DNA from: Hyphomicrobiales bacterium
Lineage (GTDB): Bacteria > Pseudomonadota > Alphaproteobacteria > Rhizobiales > Xanthobacteraceae
DNA length: 64,000 nucleotides
Direction of reading: 5' to 3'
Assembly: GCA_041424235.1 (NCBI GenBank)
Contig: JBGMOD010000018.1
Location: 5,617 to 69,616 of the forward strand
Both the position numbers and the translations under genes were made by a program. Shown in pieces: positions 46,909 to 56,942 of the stretch. Each line of letters begins with the position of its first letter. The stretch's first letter is position 1. The notes under the pieces are model-generated. The model made no database searches. It was not told the origin of the DNA and saw only the letters and a list, made by a program, of their open reading frames with translations.

Positions 46909-48117
46909 ATGACGGTGCGATGGAAGGGGGCAGCCGCGGCGGTTGCTCTGGTAGTGGTCTCGTCGGCGGGCGCGTTTGCCCAGGTGTCCGACGATCTCGT
47001 GAAAATCGGCGTGCTCACCGACATGAACGGACCGGCCTCTGCGCCGACCGGCCAGGGCTCGGTGACGGCCGCGCAGATGGCCGTCGACGATTTCGGCGGC
47101 ACGGTCCTCGGCAAACCGATCTCGGTGATCATTGGCGACCATCAGTTGAAGGCCGATATCGGCGCCAGCATCGCGCGGCGCTGGTACGATGTCGAGCAGG
47201 TCGATCTCATTGTCGACGTGCCGGTGTCGGCGGTCGGTCTCGCGGTGCAGAATATCGCGAACGACAAGAAGAAGTTGTTCATCACCCAGTCCACCGGCGC
47301 GACCGATTTCCACGGCAAGTTCTGCTCGCCCTACACCATGCAGTGGGTGTTCGACACGCATGCGCTGGCGGTCGGTACCGCGCAGGAGGTGGTGAAACGC
47401 GGCGGCGACAGCTGGTTCTTCATCACCGATGACTATGCCTTCGGCCACTCCCTGGAAAAGGACGCTTCAGCCGTGGTGGAGAAGAACGGCGGCAAGGTGG
47501 TCGGCTCGGTGCGGCCGCCGTTCGCGACGCCGGATCTCTCCTCCTTCATCCTGCAGGCCCAGGCCTCCAAGGCGAAGATCATCGGCATCGCCGGCGGTCC
47601 GCCCAACAACATCAACGAGATCAAGACCGCGGGTGAGTTCGGCGTGCTCAAGGGCGGCCAGCAGATGGCCGGTCTTCTTGCGCTGATCACCGACATCCAT
47701 GGGCTCGGCCTGCAGGCGGCGCAGGGCCTGCTGCTGACCACGTCGTTCTACTGGGACATGGATGACAAGACGCGCGAGTGGTCGAAGCGCTACTTCGCCA
47801 AGATGAAGCAGATGCCGACCATGTGGCAGGCCGGCGTCTATTCGGCGGTGACCTCCTATCTCAATGCGATCAAGGAGGCCGGCACCGACGATCCGCTCAA
47901 GGTCGCGGCCAAGATGCGCGAGAAGCCGGTCGAGGACATGTTCGCGCGCAACGGCAAGCTGCGGCCGGACGGCTTGATGGTGCACGATCTCGTGCTGGTG
48001 CAGGTCAAGACACCGGAGGAATCGAAGTATCCGTGGGACTACTACAAGATCCTGACGCATATCCCCGGCGATCAGGCCTTCGGCCCGCCCGACCCGGCGT
48101 GTGCGCTGAACAAGTGA
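46909..48117 (+). CDS. Branched-chain-type ABC substrate-binding protein
   Basis: Signal peptide; VKIGVLTDM, DHQLKADIG, FYWDMDD. Confidence 0.9.
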   Translation: MTVRWKGAAAAVALVVVSSAGAFAQVSDDLVKIGVLTDMNGPASAPTGQGSVTAAQMAVDDFGGTVLGKPISVIIGDHQLKADIGASIARRWYDVEQVDLIVDVPVSAVGLAVQNIANDKKKLFITQSTGATDFHGKFCSPYTMQWVFDTHALAVGTAQEVVKRGGDSWFFITDDYAFGHSLEKDASAVVEKNGGKVVGSVRPPFATPDLSSFILQAQASKAKIIGIAGGPPNNINEIKTAGEFGVLKGGQQMAGLLALITDIHGLGLQAAQGLLLTTSFYWDMDDKTREWSKRYFAKMKQMPTMWQAGVYSAVTSYLNAIKEAGTDDPLKVAAKMREKPVEDMFARNGKLRPDGLMVHDLVLVQVKTPEESKYPWDYYKILTHIPGDQAFGPPDPACALNK

Positions 48118-48137
48118 TCAGCGTGATCTGAGTCAGA

Positions 48138-48188
48138 GGCCTCGTGGTGAGGAGCGGCGCGGCGTGCGGCGCCTGCAACCATGAGGCC
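48138..48188. repeat. Degenerate REP-like family A half element
   Basis: ggcctcgtggtgaggagc..aaccatgaggcc. Confidence 0.5.
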
Positions 48189-48199
48189 ATGGTCGAGAT

Positions 48200-49873
48200 A
48201 TGCATGCCATGACACCGGACTTCGACTATCCCGTCCACGAGCCTCATCTCCCGCCGCTCGTCGCCGGCCGCGAGACAAAACGCCACGACGTGATGATCTG
48301 CGGCGGCGGCCCCGTCGGGCTCGCCCTCGCGCTCGTGCTGGCGCAACACGGCTTTGCTTCGGTCGTGATCGATGCCGATACCACCGTGTGCCAGGGCAGC
48401 CGGGCGATCTGCCTGTCGCGCCGCACGATGGAGATCCTGGACCGGCTCGGTGTGGCCGATGCATTTGTGCAAAAGGGCCTCGGCTGGACCACGGGGCGCA
48501 GCTTCTACCGCACCGCCGAAGTGCTCGCGTTCGACATGCCGCACGGTCCAGACGATCGTTTCGCGCCGATGACCAACATCGCGCAGTACGATATCGAGCA
48601 GTTGCTGGTCGATGCGATCGCACATTATCCCGAACTGATCGAGCTGCGATGGGGCACGGAGCTGATGGGTGTCAGCACGGAGGTGTCCGGCGTCAGTGTC
48701 GACCTGAATGCCGCCGGCCAAAGCTATCGGACACAGGCGCAATGGCTGGTGGCCTGCGACGGCGCGCGCAGCAAGGTGCGCCAGGAACTCGGCTTGCGGA
48801 TGCGCGGCACCGCGTATGAGGGCCGTTATGTCATCGTCGACGTGAAAGTCGATCTGGGCTGGCCGACCGAGCGGCTGGCGTGGTTCGATCCGCCGTCCAA
48901 TCCTGGCCGCACCATGCTGATGCATCGCCAGCCCGGCGATATCTGGCGGATCGATTATCAATTGCACGACGGCGAGAGTGCCGAGGAGATGACCAAGCCG
49001 GAGAAGGTTATCCCGGTGGTCGAGGCGCATTTCGCGATGCTGGACGTGGATCGTCCGTGGCGGCTGATCTGGTCGAGCAGCTACCGTGCCTCGGCGCTGT
49101 CGCTCGACGACTATATTCACGGCAACGTGGTGTTTGCCGGCGACGCCGCGCACCTCGTGCCGATCTTCGGTGTGCGTGGGCTGAACAGCGGCTTCGAGGA
49201 TGTTTTCAATCTCGGCTGGAAACTGTCCCGCATCCTTAACGGCAGCTCGCCGCCGTCCCTGCTGCACAGCTACAGCCGGGAGCGGCGGGATGTGTGGGCG
49301 GGCAACATCGCGCACGCCATGAAAAGCACCGAGTTCATGGCGCCGCCATCGCGCGGGTTCGAACTGATGCGTGACGCCGTGCTCTCCCTGGCGGAGCGCC
49401 ATCGCGAGTTGCGCAGCCTGATCAATCCCAGGCAGTCGAGCGTCATTCCCTATGACGGCTCGCCGCTCAATGTGGCGTCGCCGGATGAAACGGATTTTAG
49501 CCCCGCGCTGCGGCCGGGGACGGTCATCCCGGATTGTCCCGTGACTGTGCAGGGCGTGCCCAGTTTCCTGACACGGCATCTGGGGAGGGATTTTACCCTG
49601 ATCGTGTTTCCGACGCCGAAGCTGGCGTTCGATCTCGGCTCCCCGATTTCCGATGTGACGGTGCTGACGGTGATGGCCGATGCCCATGACGTTTCGACCC
49701 GGCCCGTCGGTGATGCCCTGATCGATCCCGAGGGGCGTTGCCGCAGGGCCTTCGACGCCGACCCCGCGGCGGTCTATCTGGTGCGGCCGGATGGTTATAT
49801 TTGCGCGCGCTGGCGCTCGGTGGATCGCAACCGCATCGAGACGGCGCTGCGTCACGCGGGAGCATTGTCATGA
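48200..49873 (+). CDS. FAD-dependent aromatic hydroxylase (MhpA/PheA-like)
   Basis: GGGPVG, ACDGARS, AGDAAH..PIFGVRGLNSG, YLVRPDG. Confidence 0.9.
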   Translation: MHAMTPDFDYPVHEPHLPPLVAGRETKRHDVMICGGGPVGLALALVLAQHGFASVVIDADTTVCQGSRAICLSRRTMEILDRLGVADAFVQKGLGWTTGRSFYRTAEVLAFDMPHGPDDRFAPMTNIAQYDIEQLLVDAIAHYPELIELRWGTELMGVSTEVSGVSVDLNAAGQSYRTQAQWLVACDGARSKVRQELGLRMRGTAYEGRYVIVDVKVDLGWPTERLAWFDPPSNPGRTMLMHRQPGDIWRIDYQLHDGESAEEMTKPEKVIPVVEAHFAMLDVDRPWRLIWSSSYRASALSLDDYIHGNVVFAGDAAHLVPIFGVRGLNSGFEDVFNLGWKLSRILNGSSPPSLLHSYSRERRDVWAGNIAHAMKSTEFMAPPSRGFELMRDAVLSLAERHRELRSLINPRQSSVIPYDGSPLNVASPDETDFSPALRPGTVIPDCPVTVQGVPSFLTRHLGRDFTLIVFPTPKLAFDLGSPISDVTVLTVMADAHDVSTRPVGDALIDPEGRCRRAFDADPAAVYLVRPDGYICARWRSVDRNRIETALRHAGALS

Positions 49874-50076
49874 CTGCCGATCGCTGGACGGAGGCGGAGC
49901 GAGATCATGTCTACTCCGACGTCTGTGAAGCCATCACCCGCGTCGGACCAGCGCAGGAGGCGCTGTTTCTGTCCCGGCTGTGCTTGCTTCTGATCGAGCG
50001 GCTGGGGTCGCGTGAGGCTGCGCTGCAGACGATCGCAGATGCCGAATACGGACTGAGCGAGAGGCCGCGGACTTAA
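49870..50076 (+). CDS. DUF2783-like small protein
   Basis: D.VY..VCEAI..FLSRLCLLL..LG; translationally coupled to the hydroxylase. Confidence 0.65.
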   Translation: MTADRWTEAERDHVYSDVCEAITRVGPAQEALFLSRLCLLLIERLGSREAALQTIADAEYGLSERPRT

Positions 50077-50885
50077 GGCGACGTCCGCGCCTGTTGTGGC
50101 CCATGAATGTGCCGCTCGACTGAGCGCGCCACCGCCGCCTTGGCATCGCGCACGATGTGCCCGCGGTCCGCGAACGGCGAATAGATCGCATCGAAGTCGA
50201 GCACCGCGAGGCGGCTGCCGATGCGCGTGACCTCGGCGGCCGGCAGCGGCACGTAGTTGGGATACGACCACATGAAGGCGACATGCCTGCGGTCCGGCGT
50301 CACCAGCATGGTGTCGCCGGGCAGCAGCGCGCGGCGCTCCGCCCAGTGCAGCAGGCTCGAGCCTGGGAAGTGTCCGCCGAGCCGGTGCAGCGTCACGCCG
50401 GGCAGCACCTCACGGCTGTCGCCGTGCCAGAAATCCAGATGGGAATCCGGCTCCGCCACCCAGTCGCGGTCGGCCTCGTGCAGCAGCACCGGGCAATCGA
50501 AGGCCCGTCCCCAGCTCGCGATCGCGCTGTAGAAATGCGGATGCGAGATCGCGATCGCCTTGAGTCCGCCGAGGGCGCGGATGATGCTGATGGTCGCCTC
50601 GTCGAGCAGGCTAATGCAATCCCACAGCACATTGCCCGAAGGAGTCTGCACCAGCAGCGCTCGCTGGCCGATGCCGAAGTGCGGCACCGTGGAGATCGCG
50701 ATCAGCCCCGGAGCCAGTTGCCGGAACATGTTGGAATGCCGTGCCGCAAGATTCTCCGGCGTGGTCCAGCGCTGTCCTGTCACCGGGACGAACTGCCGGT
50801 CATCGTCGCAGATCATGCAGCGCGGCGGTGGCGCCTCGCGCGGCGCATGCTGTTGGCCGCAGGTTTCGCACATGAACTGTGGCAT
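50073..50885 (-). CDS. Metallo-beta-lactamase fold hydrolase with N-terminal CxxC-CxxC
   Basis: CETCG..CMICDDDRQFV, ISHPHFY, GGHFPG, FMWSYPN. Confidence 0.85.
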   Translation of the reverse strand: MPQFMCETCGQQHAPREAPPPRCMICDDDRQFVPVTGQRWTTPENLAARHSNMFRQLAPGLIAISTVPHFGIGQRALLVQTPSGNVLWDCISLLDEATISIIRALGGLKAIAISHPHFYSAIASWGRAFDCPVLLHEADRDWVAEPDSHLDFWHGDSREVLPGVTLHRLGGHFPGSSLLHWAERRALLPGDTMLVTPDRRHVAFMWSYPNYVPLPAAEVTRIGSRLAVLDFDAIYSPFADRGHIVRDAKAAVARSVERHIHGPQQARTSP

Positions 50886-51025
50886 CGGATCGTCCCCTCG
50901 CTGTCGTTTATTCCTGACGTCGGTGGCTGGCGGGCCGGCCAGGTCGTTGTCATCAACAGCTAATTCATTGCCGATTTGTGGGCAATATGCCATTGATAAC
51001 AGATACTATTCACCATTGGTGATGA

Positions 51026-51913
51026 ATGGACCATCTCACGGCGCTCAGAGTATTTCGGCACGTCGCAGAGCTCGGCAGCTTTGCCGAAGCCGCGCGCGAA
51101 CTCCGCCTCTCGCCGCCGGCGATCAGCAAGAACATCAGCGAGCTCGAAACCCATCTTGGCGTGCGGCTGTTCAATCGCACCACCCGCCGGGTCAGTCGCA
51201 CCGACGCGGGCGCTCGTTACTACGAGCAGGTCTCACGCATCCTCGACGATCTTGCGCAAGCCGATGCGTCGCTCGGGCCGATGCAGGTGACGCCGAGCGG
51301 GGTGTTGCGCGTCGCGGCGCCCATGACCCTGACGCTCTTGAGACTGTCGGCGGCGATGCCGGCCTTCCTGGCGCGCCATCCGGAGCTGACGGTGGACCTG
51401 CAGATGAGCGATCGCCGCGTCAATATCATCGAGGAAGGATTCGATGTGGCGATCCGCGGCAGCGATGCCATGAAGGACTCCAGCCTGATCGCCCGCAAGC
51501 TGATGACGATGCGGCATGTGGTGTGCGCGTCGCCGGCCTATCTGGCCCGCGCTGGCGCACCGGCCGGGCCTGCCGATCTGCGCCGACATAGCTGCATCCA
51601 GTTCACACTGTCGGGCCATGCCGACGAATGGGAATTTCGCGGCGACGGTGGCGTCATGCGGGTGCCGATCGACGGCCGCTACAAGGTAACGTCGAGCCTT
51701 GCGGTGCGCGACGCGCTGCTCGCCGGCTTCGGCCTCAGCCTGATTCCGCGGATCTATGTCGCCGACGATCTCGCCAGTGGCCGGCTTGTCACCGTGCTCG
51801 ACGACTGGTCGACCATCGCAACAGCCATTTACGCCGTCTATCCCTCGCGCGGCCATGTCGCGGCCAAGGTGCGGGTGTTCATCGATTTCGTGGCGGCGGA
51901 ATTGAAGGATTGA
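51026..51913 (+). CDS. LysR regulator (CrgA-like)
   Basis: MDHLTALRVF, LFNRTTRRVS, EEGFDVAIR, KVRVFIDF. Confidence 0.9.
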   Translation: MDHLTALRVFRHVAELGSFAEAARELRLSPPAISKNISELETHLGVRLFNRTTRRVSRTDAGARYYEQVSRILDDLAQADASLGPMQVTPSGVLRVAAPMTLTLLRLSAAMPAFLARHPELTVDLQMSDRRVNIIEEGFDVAIRGSDAMKDSSLIARKLMTMRHVVCASPAYLARAGAPAGPADLRRHSCIQFTLSGHADEWEFRGDGGVMRVPIDGRYKVTSSLAVRDALLAGFGLSLIPRIYVADDLASGRLVTVLDDWSTIATAIYAVYPSRGHVAAKVRVFIDFVAAELKD

Positions 51914-51933
51914 GGGCGGATGCTGGGGTGTCG

Positions 51934-52554
51934 TCAGCAGACGGTTCGCGGACTCGGGAAACCGTCGTAAAGCGCGGCGTGATCGCCGTTGTGATTGGGA
52001 AAGCCCGGCCTGGTCAGGGTGCCCCGCGGGCTGATGAAGCTGAAGATCGTGCGCTTGGGCACTTCGTGCCAGCCGATGTTGAACGCGCCGAGCTTCGGAA
52101 AGAACTGCATCTCGCTGTAGGGCAGGTGATCGTGGATCCACCAGGCCATCGCCTGCCACGGTGTTCCCGTTGCCATGCGATCGACCAGCCAGGGCAGGGC
52201 AATGCAGGCGACCGCGCCCATGCCGTGGTCATCGCGGCGATCCCAGATGTGGCGCGCAAAGTTGCGTTTGTTCGAGGCGCAACTGTGATAATGGCTGTTG
52301 CCGTAGGCGTTCAGTGTCACGGACCGGAAAGCCGAACGGATCGCGATGCGGCCGAAGGTCGCTTGCAACGGCTCCAGCAACTCCTCACAAAGTCGCCGCC
52401 CCGCGGCGATGGCCGGGTCGGGATCGTCCGGCAGGTTGGCAATGCCATGGACGTTGGCAATTTCGCTGTAGAGAAAATCCCGCATGAAAAACGAGGGCGA
52501 GAGTCGGACGCGGCCAAGGTTTTCGGCGCTTCGCACGGTCTTGGGCGCTCTCAT
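51934..52554 (-). CDS. Peptidase M15A-like hypothetical protein
   Basis: RLSPSFFMRDFLYSE, LLEPL, IRSAFRS..LN. Confidence 0.6.
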   Translation of the reverse strand: MRAPKTVRSAENLGRVRLSPSFFMRDFLYSEIANVHGIANLPDDPDPAIAAGRRLCEELLEPLQATFGRIAIRSAFRSVTLNAYGNSHYHSCASNKRNFARHIWDRRDDHGMGAVACIALPWLVDRMATGTPWQAMAWWIHDHLPYSEMQFFPKLGAFNIGWHEVPKRTIFSFISPRGTLTRPGFPNHNGDHAALYDGFPSPRTVC

Positions 52555-52774
52555 GTCGGGACCTCATGATGGAAACGAGGGATCGATCGGAACGTTTGCT
52601 CTCCACGTCGATCATCATAAGCGATACGCGAGGCCTTGTCCGATCAGCGCCGAAGTATCCGTCGCGCCGGCAAGGTACGGGCGTTGATCGATGTCATTGA
52701 CGGGCGCTAGTGTCCCGAATCCGAAGTTCGCATCACTCAACCGCGCCTTCGGAGCGAACTTCGCATTCAGCACA

Positions 52775-53077
52775 CTAGAAGGTCTTCAGAATCTGCTTCT
52801 TGATGTCCCTGATATTGGACTCGTCGCGTTTATAAAACGTCCATTGTTTGATGCGCTTGGCACGAACAAGCCCCGCCTGGGAGAGGATCTTCAGATGTTC
52901 GCTGACGGTTGGCTGGCTGACGCCGAGTTTCTCCGCGATCAGCAGGCCACACACGCCGTCCCGCTCCAGGTCACCGTCAACCTGCGCGCGGAAATGCGCA
53001 GTCGGATCCCTGAGCCATTCCAGGATCAGAAGCCGTCGATCGTTGGCCAGCGCCCGCATGGCTCTCTCAATAGACAT
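52775..53077 (-). CDS. ArsR family regulator
   Basis: ALANDRRLLIL, SQPTVSEHLKIL. Confidence 0.9.
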   Translation of the reverse strand: MSIERAMRALANDRRLLILEWLRDPTAHFRAQVDGDLERDGVCGLLIAEKLGVSQPTVSEHLKILSQAGLVRAKRIKQWTFYKRDESNIRDIKKQILKTF

Positions 53078-53162
53078 ATTGCCAATTAGCCATATCCCGA
53101 ATTAAGGTCAAGGCCCAATGGCCTCGCCGAGGACCGACGGGCCAATACAAAAGGTAACACCG

Positions 53163-54107
53163 ATGTCCGACGGCACCGTTGACCGGGATCATATCCTGGT
53201 TGCCGAACGCGCGATCAGGCCCCACATCCGCCGCACGCCGGTGATCGATGTGGCCGGCGATGATTTCGGCCTGGGATCCGTCAGGATCTGCGTGAAGCTG
53301 GAACAACTTCAGCATTCCGGCTCGTTCAAGGTCCGGGGCGCTTTTGTAAACCTGCTGATGCGGGATTTGCCGGCCGCCGGTGTGGTGGCGGCCTCGGGCG
53401 GCAACCACGGTGCGGCCGTCGCATACGCCGCGATGCAGCTCAAGGTGCCGGCCAAGATTTTCGTGCCCGGCATCTCGTCCGCCGCAAAAATTCAGCGGAT
53501 CCGCGACTATGGCGCCGATCTTGTGGTCGGAGGCGAGGGTTACGCGGACGCGCTTGCCGCGAGTGAGGCCTGGGCCGCACAATCGACCGCGTTGCCGGTT
53601 CACGCGTTCGACCAGACCGAGACGATGCTGGGACAGGGCACGCTCGGCTTCGAACTGGAAGAACAAGCCCCCGACCTCGACACGTTGCTTGTCGCGGTTG
53701 GCGGTGGCGGACTGATCAGCGGCATCGCGGCCTGGTTCGGCGGAAGGATCCGGGTCGTCGGCGTCGAGCCCGAGGCGTCGCCGACACTATGGAAGGCGCT
53801 GGAGGCAGGGCACCCGGTCGATGCGGAAACCGGAGGGATCGCGGCCGACTCGCTGGCGCCGCGCCGGGTTGGCGAGCGTGTCTTTTCCGTTGCGAAAAAA
53901 CATGTGGATCACGTTGTCCTTGTTGCCGATGAAGCCATCCGGCAGGCCCAGGACAGGCTCTGGAACAGGCTCCGGATTGTCGCCGAGCCTGGCGGTGCTG
54001 CGGCATTCGCGGCGCTCGCATCCGGTCGCTATCAACCTCGGCCCGGCGAGCGGGTCGGGGTGGTCGTCAGCGGGGGCAACACCGTCGCCGTCGATTTTGC
54101 GCGCTGA
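53163..54107 (+). CDS. PLP threonine/serine dehydratase family protein
   Basis: SGSFKVRGA, ASGGNHG, VGGGGLISG, VSGGN. Confidence 0.9.
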   Translation: MSDGTVDRDHILVAERAIRPHIRRTPVIDVAGDDFGLGSVRICVKLEQLQHSGSFKVRGAFVNLLMRDLPAAGVVAASGGNHGAAVAYAAMQLKVPAKIFVPGISSAAKIQRIRDYGADLVVGGEGYADALAASEAWAAQSTALPVHAFDQTETMLGQGTLGFELEEQAPDLDTLLVAVGGGGLISGIAAWFGGRIRVVGVEPEASPTLWKALEAGHPVDAETGGIAADSLAPRRVGERVFSVAKKHVDHVVLVADEAIRQAQDRLWNRLRIVAEPGGAAAFAALASGRYQPRPGERVGVVVSGGNTVAVDFAR

Positions 54108-54127
54108 CGGAAGACCCCGTCCGTCGA

Positions 54128-54937
54128 TCACATTGCCGCAATCGCCTGCTCCACCGCATGCGCGGCGGCGAGCAGGGCCTCCGCCACCTCCGTCTCGCGC
54201 CGCGGACCCAGCCGGTTACGGATCGCGGACAGTGTGATCGCGGCGACCGGCGCGCCCTCCGGATTCCTGATCCAGGCCGAGATCGACTTGGTGCCCTGCA
54301 CGAGGCCGATGTCGGCGATGCCGTAGCCGCGGCGCCGCGCCGCCTGGATCCGTCCGAGCACAGCCGATGATGTGGCGCGATAAGGTTCGAACCGCACGGC
54401 GTTGGCGGCCACGATCCTGCGCGCTTCCGGCGCCGGCAGGGCCGCGAGAATGGCGACACCGGCGCTGCTGACACCGAGCGGGCGCCGCGCGCCGACCTCG
54501 ATCGACAGCACCTGGATCGGATAGGCGCCGATCCGCCGCGCCACGCACAGCGTGTCGAGCCCGGTGCGCACGGTGAGGAACAGGGTATCGCCGAGCGTCT
54601 CCGACGCCCGCGCGAGATGCGGTTCGGCGGCGATCAGCAGCGGCGAGCGCGACGGTCGCGCCAGCGCCAGTTCGCCTACCTGGCGGCCGATGGCATAGCG
54701 CCCGGCCTCGTTGCGCTCGACAATCCCTTCCTCGATCAGCACATGCACGATGCGATGCACGGTCGGGCGGCTCAACGCGGTGGCCTGCACGACGTCGCCG
54801 AGCGGCACGCCGGTGTCGCGTCCGGCGGCGAGCATGCGCAGCACGCTCAGGGCGCGGCGGATCGCTTGCGCTCCCTGACGTGGTTCCTGGCGCGGTTCCC
54901 GCGCGCTGCGATCGTTTCGCCGCCGTCCGCCACTCAT
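54128..54937 (-). CDS. IclR family regulator
   Basis: QAIRRALSVL, LSRPTVHRI, GARRPLGVSSAG. Confidence 0.9.
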   Translation of the reverse strand: MSGGRRRNDRSAREPRQEPRQGAQAIRRALSVLRMLAAGRDTGVPLGDVVQATALSRPTVHRIVHVLIEEGIVERNEAGRYAIGRQVGELALARPSRSPLLIAAEPHLARASETLGDTLFLTVRTGLDTLCVARRIGAYPIQVLSIEVGARRPLGVSSAGVAILAALPAPEARRIVAANAVRFEPYRATSSAVLGRIQAARRRGYGIADIGLVQGTKSISAWIRNPEGAPVAAITLSAIRNRLGPRRETEVAEALLAAAHAVEQAIAAM

Positions 54938-54950
54938 CCCTCTTCTCCGA

Positions 54951-54971
54951 TTTGTCCACAATGTGGACAAA
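54951..54971. promoter_or_regulatory. Perfect palindrome, probable IclR operator
   Basis: TTTGTCCACA-A-TGTGGACAAA. Confidence 0.75.
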
Positions 54972-55121
54972 AACAGCACAATTCCGTCGACACGGGAAGG
55001 GCGATGGCCGATACGGCACACGATAAAGGGTGTTGGCGGGCGGACGAGCGCCTGTCCACGCATCTCAAGAAAACGCGGCGGCTGCGATAGCCGTCCAGAA
55101 CACGGATCGGGAGGAGACATT

Positions 55122-56099
55122 ATGAGGTTTTCGGCACGACGCCTGGCGCTCGCGAGCGCTGCACTTGTGGCGTTGTTCGCCCCGCCGGCGGCTGCGGAGC
55201 AGTGGCCGAGCCATGCGGTCAAGGTGGTGGTGCCGTATCCGGCCGGCGGCAATGTCGATGGCGCTGCGCGCATCGTCGCCAACAAGCTGCAGGAGAGCTT
55301 TGGCCAGCCGTTCGTGATCGACAATCGCGCCGGCGCCGGCGGGCTGATTGCCGGCGAGATGTTCGCGAAATCGGCGCCGGACGGCTATACCCTGTTCATC
55401 GGCGCCAACGGCCCGGTGCTGTTCGCCCCCGAGATCAACAAGCGCGACGCCTACAACTGGAAGCGCAATTTCCTGCCGATCACATCCATCTCGATGACGC
55501 CACTGGTGCTCGAGGTGCATCCGTCGCTCCCAGTGAAGACCCTGAAGGAGTTCCTCGATCTCGCCCGCAAGGATCCGGGCAAGCTGACGCTGGCCTCGCC
55601 TGGCGCCGGCACTACCAATCATCTGCTCAGCGAATTGATGCAGTCGAGCCTCGGCGTGCAGTGGCTCACCGTGCACTATCGCGGCAATGCACCGGCCATC
55701 AACGACCTGATCGGCGGCCAGGTGCAGTTCGCGCTGGACCAGATCTCGGTGGGGCTGCCGTATATCAAGAGCGGCATGGTGCGCGCGCTCGCGGTGACCG
55801 GCGAGCATCGGGCCTCCTGGATTCCCGACGTGCCGACCTTCGCGGAGCTCGGCTACAAGGATTTCGACGGCCAGACCTTCACCGGCTTGTTCGTGCCGAA
55901 GGGCACCGCCGATGATATCGTCAGCAAGCTGCACGATGCGATGGTGGCGATCCTCAAGGATCCGGTCGTGGTCGAGAAGTTCAATGTGCTGGGCGCCGAA
56001 GCGGTGGCGATGACGCCGACCGAATTCACTGCGTATCTGGAGCGTGAAGACGCCAAGTGGATCCCGGTGGTGCGCAAGGCGAACATCAAGGCGGAGTGA
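55122..56099 (+). CDS. Bug/TctC tripartite tricarboxylate binding protein
   Basis: VPYPAGG.D..AR, DNRAGAGG, PDGYTL, VPTFAELG. Confidence 0.9.
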   Translation: MRFSARRLALASAALVALFAPPAAAEQWPSHAVKVVVPYPAGGNVDGAARIVANKLQESFGQPFVIDNRAGAGGLIAGEMFAKSAPDGYTLFIGANGPVLFAPEINKRDAYNWKRNFLPITSISMTPLVLEVHPSLPVKTLKEFLDLARKDPGKLTLASPGAGTTNHLLSELMQSSLGVQWLTVHYRGNAPAINDLIGGQVQFALDQISVGLPYIKSGMVRALAVTGEHRASWIPDVPTFAELGYKDFDGQTFTGLFVPKGTADDIVSKLHDAMVAILKDPVVVEKFNVLGAEAVAMTPTEFTAYLEREDAKWIPVVRKANIKAE

Positions 56100-56137
56100 G
56101 ATCGTTGTGGCGGCGGAGGTGCCCGCTTCACATTGTC

Positions 56138-56252
56138 TGTCGTTGCCGGGCTCGTCCTCAGCGACTTGGCGGAGCCAAGTCGCGGACACAACCTCGTTTA
56201 GGGACGCACTGCCCACCTAAGCGGGATCACCGGGACAAGCCCGGTGATGACA
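56138..56252. repeat. REP-like element family B with nested hairpin
   Basis: Same core as 44802-44890 plus gcgacttggc-gga-gccaagtcgc at 56161-56183. Confidence 0.85.
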
Positions 56253-56316
56253 CAGAAAGTGGTGAAGCGCATTGCTTCCTACAGCCACTGCAAAACTGAG
56301 TAATAAGGATTCTCCC

Positions 56317-56934
56317 ATGCAAATCGATCCAGCCGAGCTCGGCGCCGAGAAAACCTACCGGCTGATGACCGGCATCGTGGTGCCGCGGCCGATTGCCTGG
56401 GTGACCAGCCTGTCGGCCAAGGGCGTGCTGAACCTTGCGCCGTTCAGCGCCTTTACCTTTGTGTCGCAGAAGCCGCCGATGCTGGCGATCAGTGTCGGCA
56501 GCAAGGCGGGTGTCTACAAGGACACCGCGCACAACATTCTCAATACCGAGGAGTATGTGATCCACATCGCCGACGCGCCACTGATGAATGCGGTGCATGA
56601 GAGCTCCGTGGAACATCCGCCTGATATCAGCGAAGTCGAGGTGCTGGGCCTCGACACCACGCCCAGCGAGCGCATCAAGGTGCCGCGGCTGACGGCAGCG
56701 CCGATCGCCATGGAATGCCGGTTCCGGCAGTGCCTGGAGTTCGGCGAGACCCGCAGCCGCCTGCTGGTCGGTGAAGTCGTGCTGATCCACGTCCGCGAGG
56801 GTCTGTTCAACAACGGCAAGATCGAAACCGAGGCGCTGGATCCGATCGCCCGCATTGCCGGCCCGCGTTACGCGCGGCTCGGCGAAATTGTCACCCTGCG
56901 GACCGTGCCCCAGACCACGAAATCGCCGGAGTAA
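56317..56934 (+). CDS. Flavin reductase family protein
   Basis: VVPRPIAWVT, NLAPFS, KDTAHNI, AMECR. Confidence 0.85.
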   Translation: MQIDPAELGAEKTYRLMTGIVVPRPIAWVTSLSAKGVLNLAPFSAFTFVSQKPPMLAISVGSKAGVYKDTAHNILNTEEYVIHIADAPLMNAVHESSVEHPPDISEVEVLGLDTTPSERIKVPRLTAAPIAMECRFRQCLEFGETRSRLLVGEVVLIHVREGLFNNGKIETEALDPIARIAGPRYARLGEIVTLRTVPQTTKSPE

Positions 56935-56942
56935 GCGCGCCC

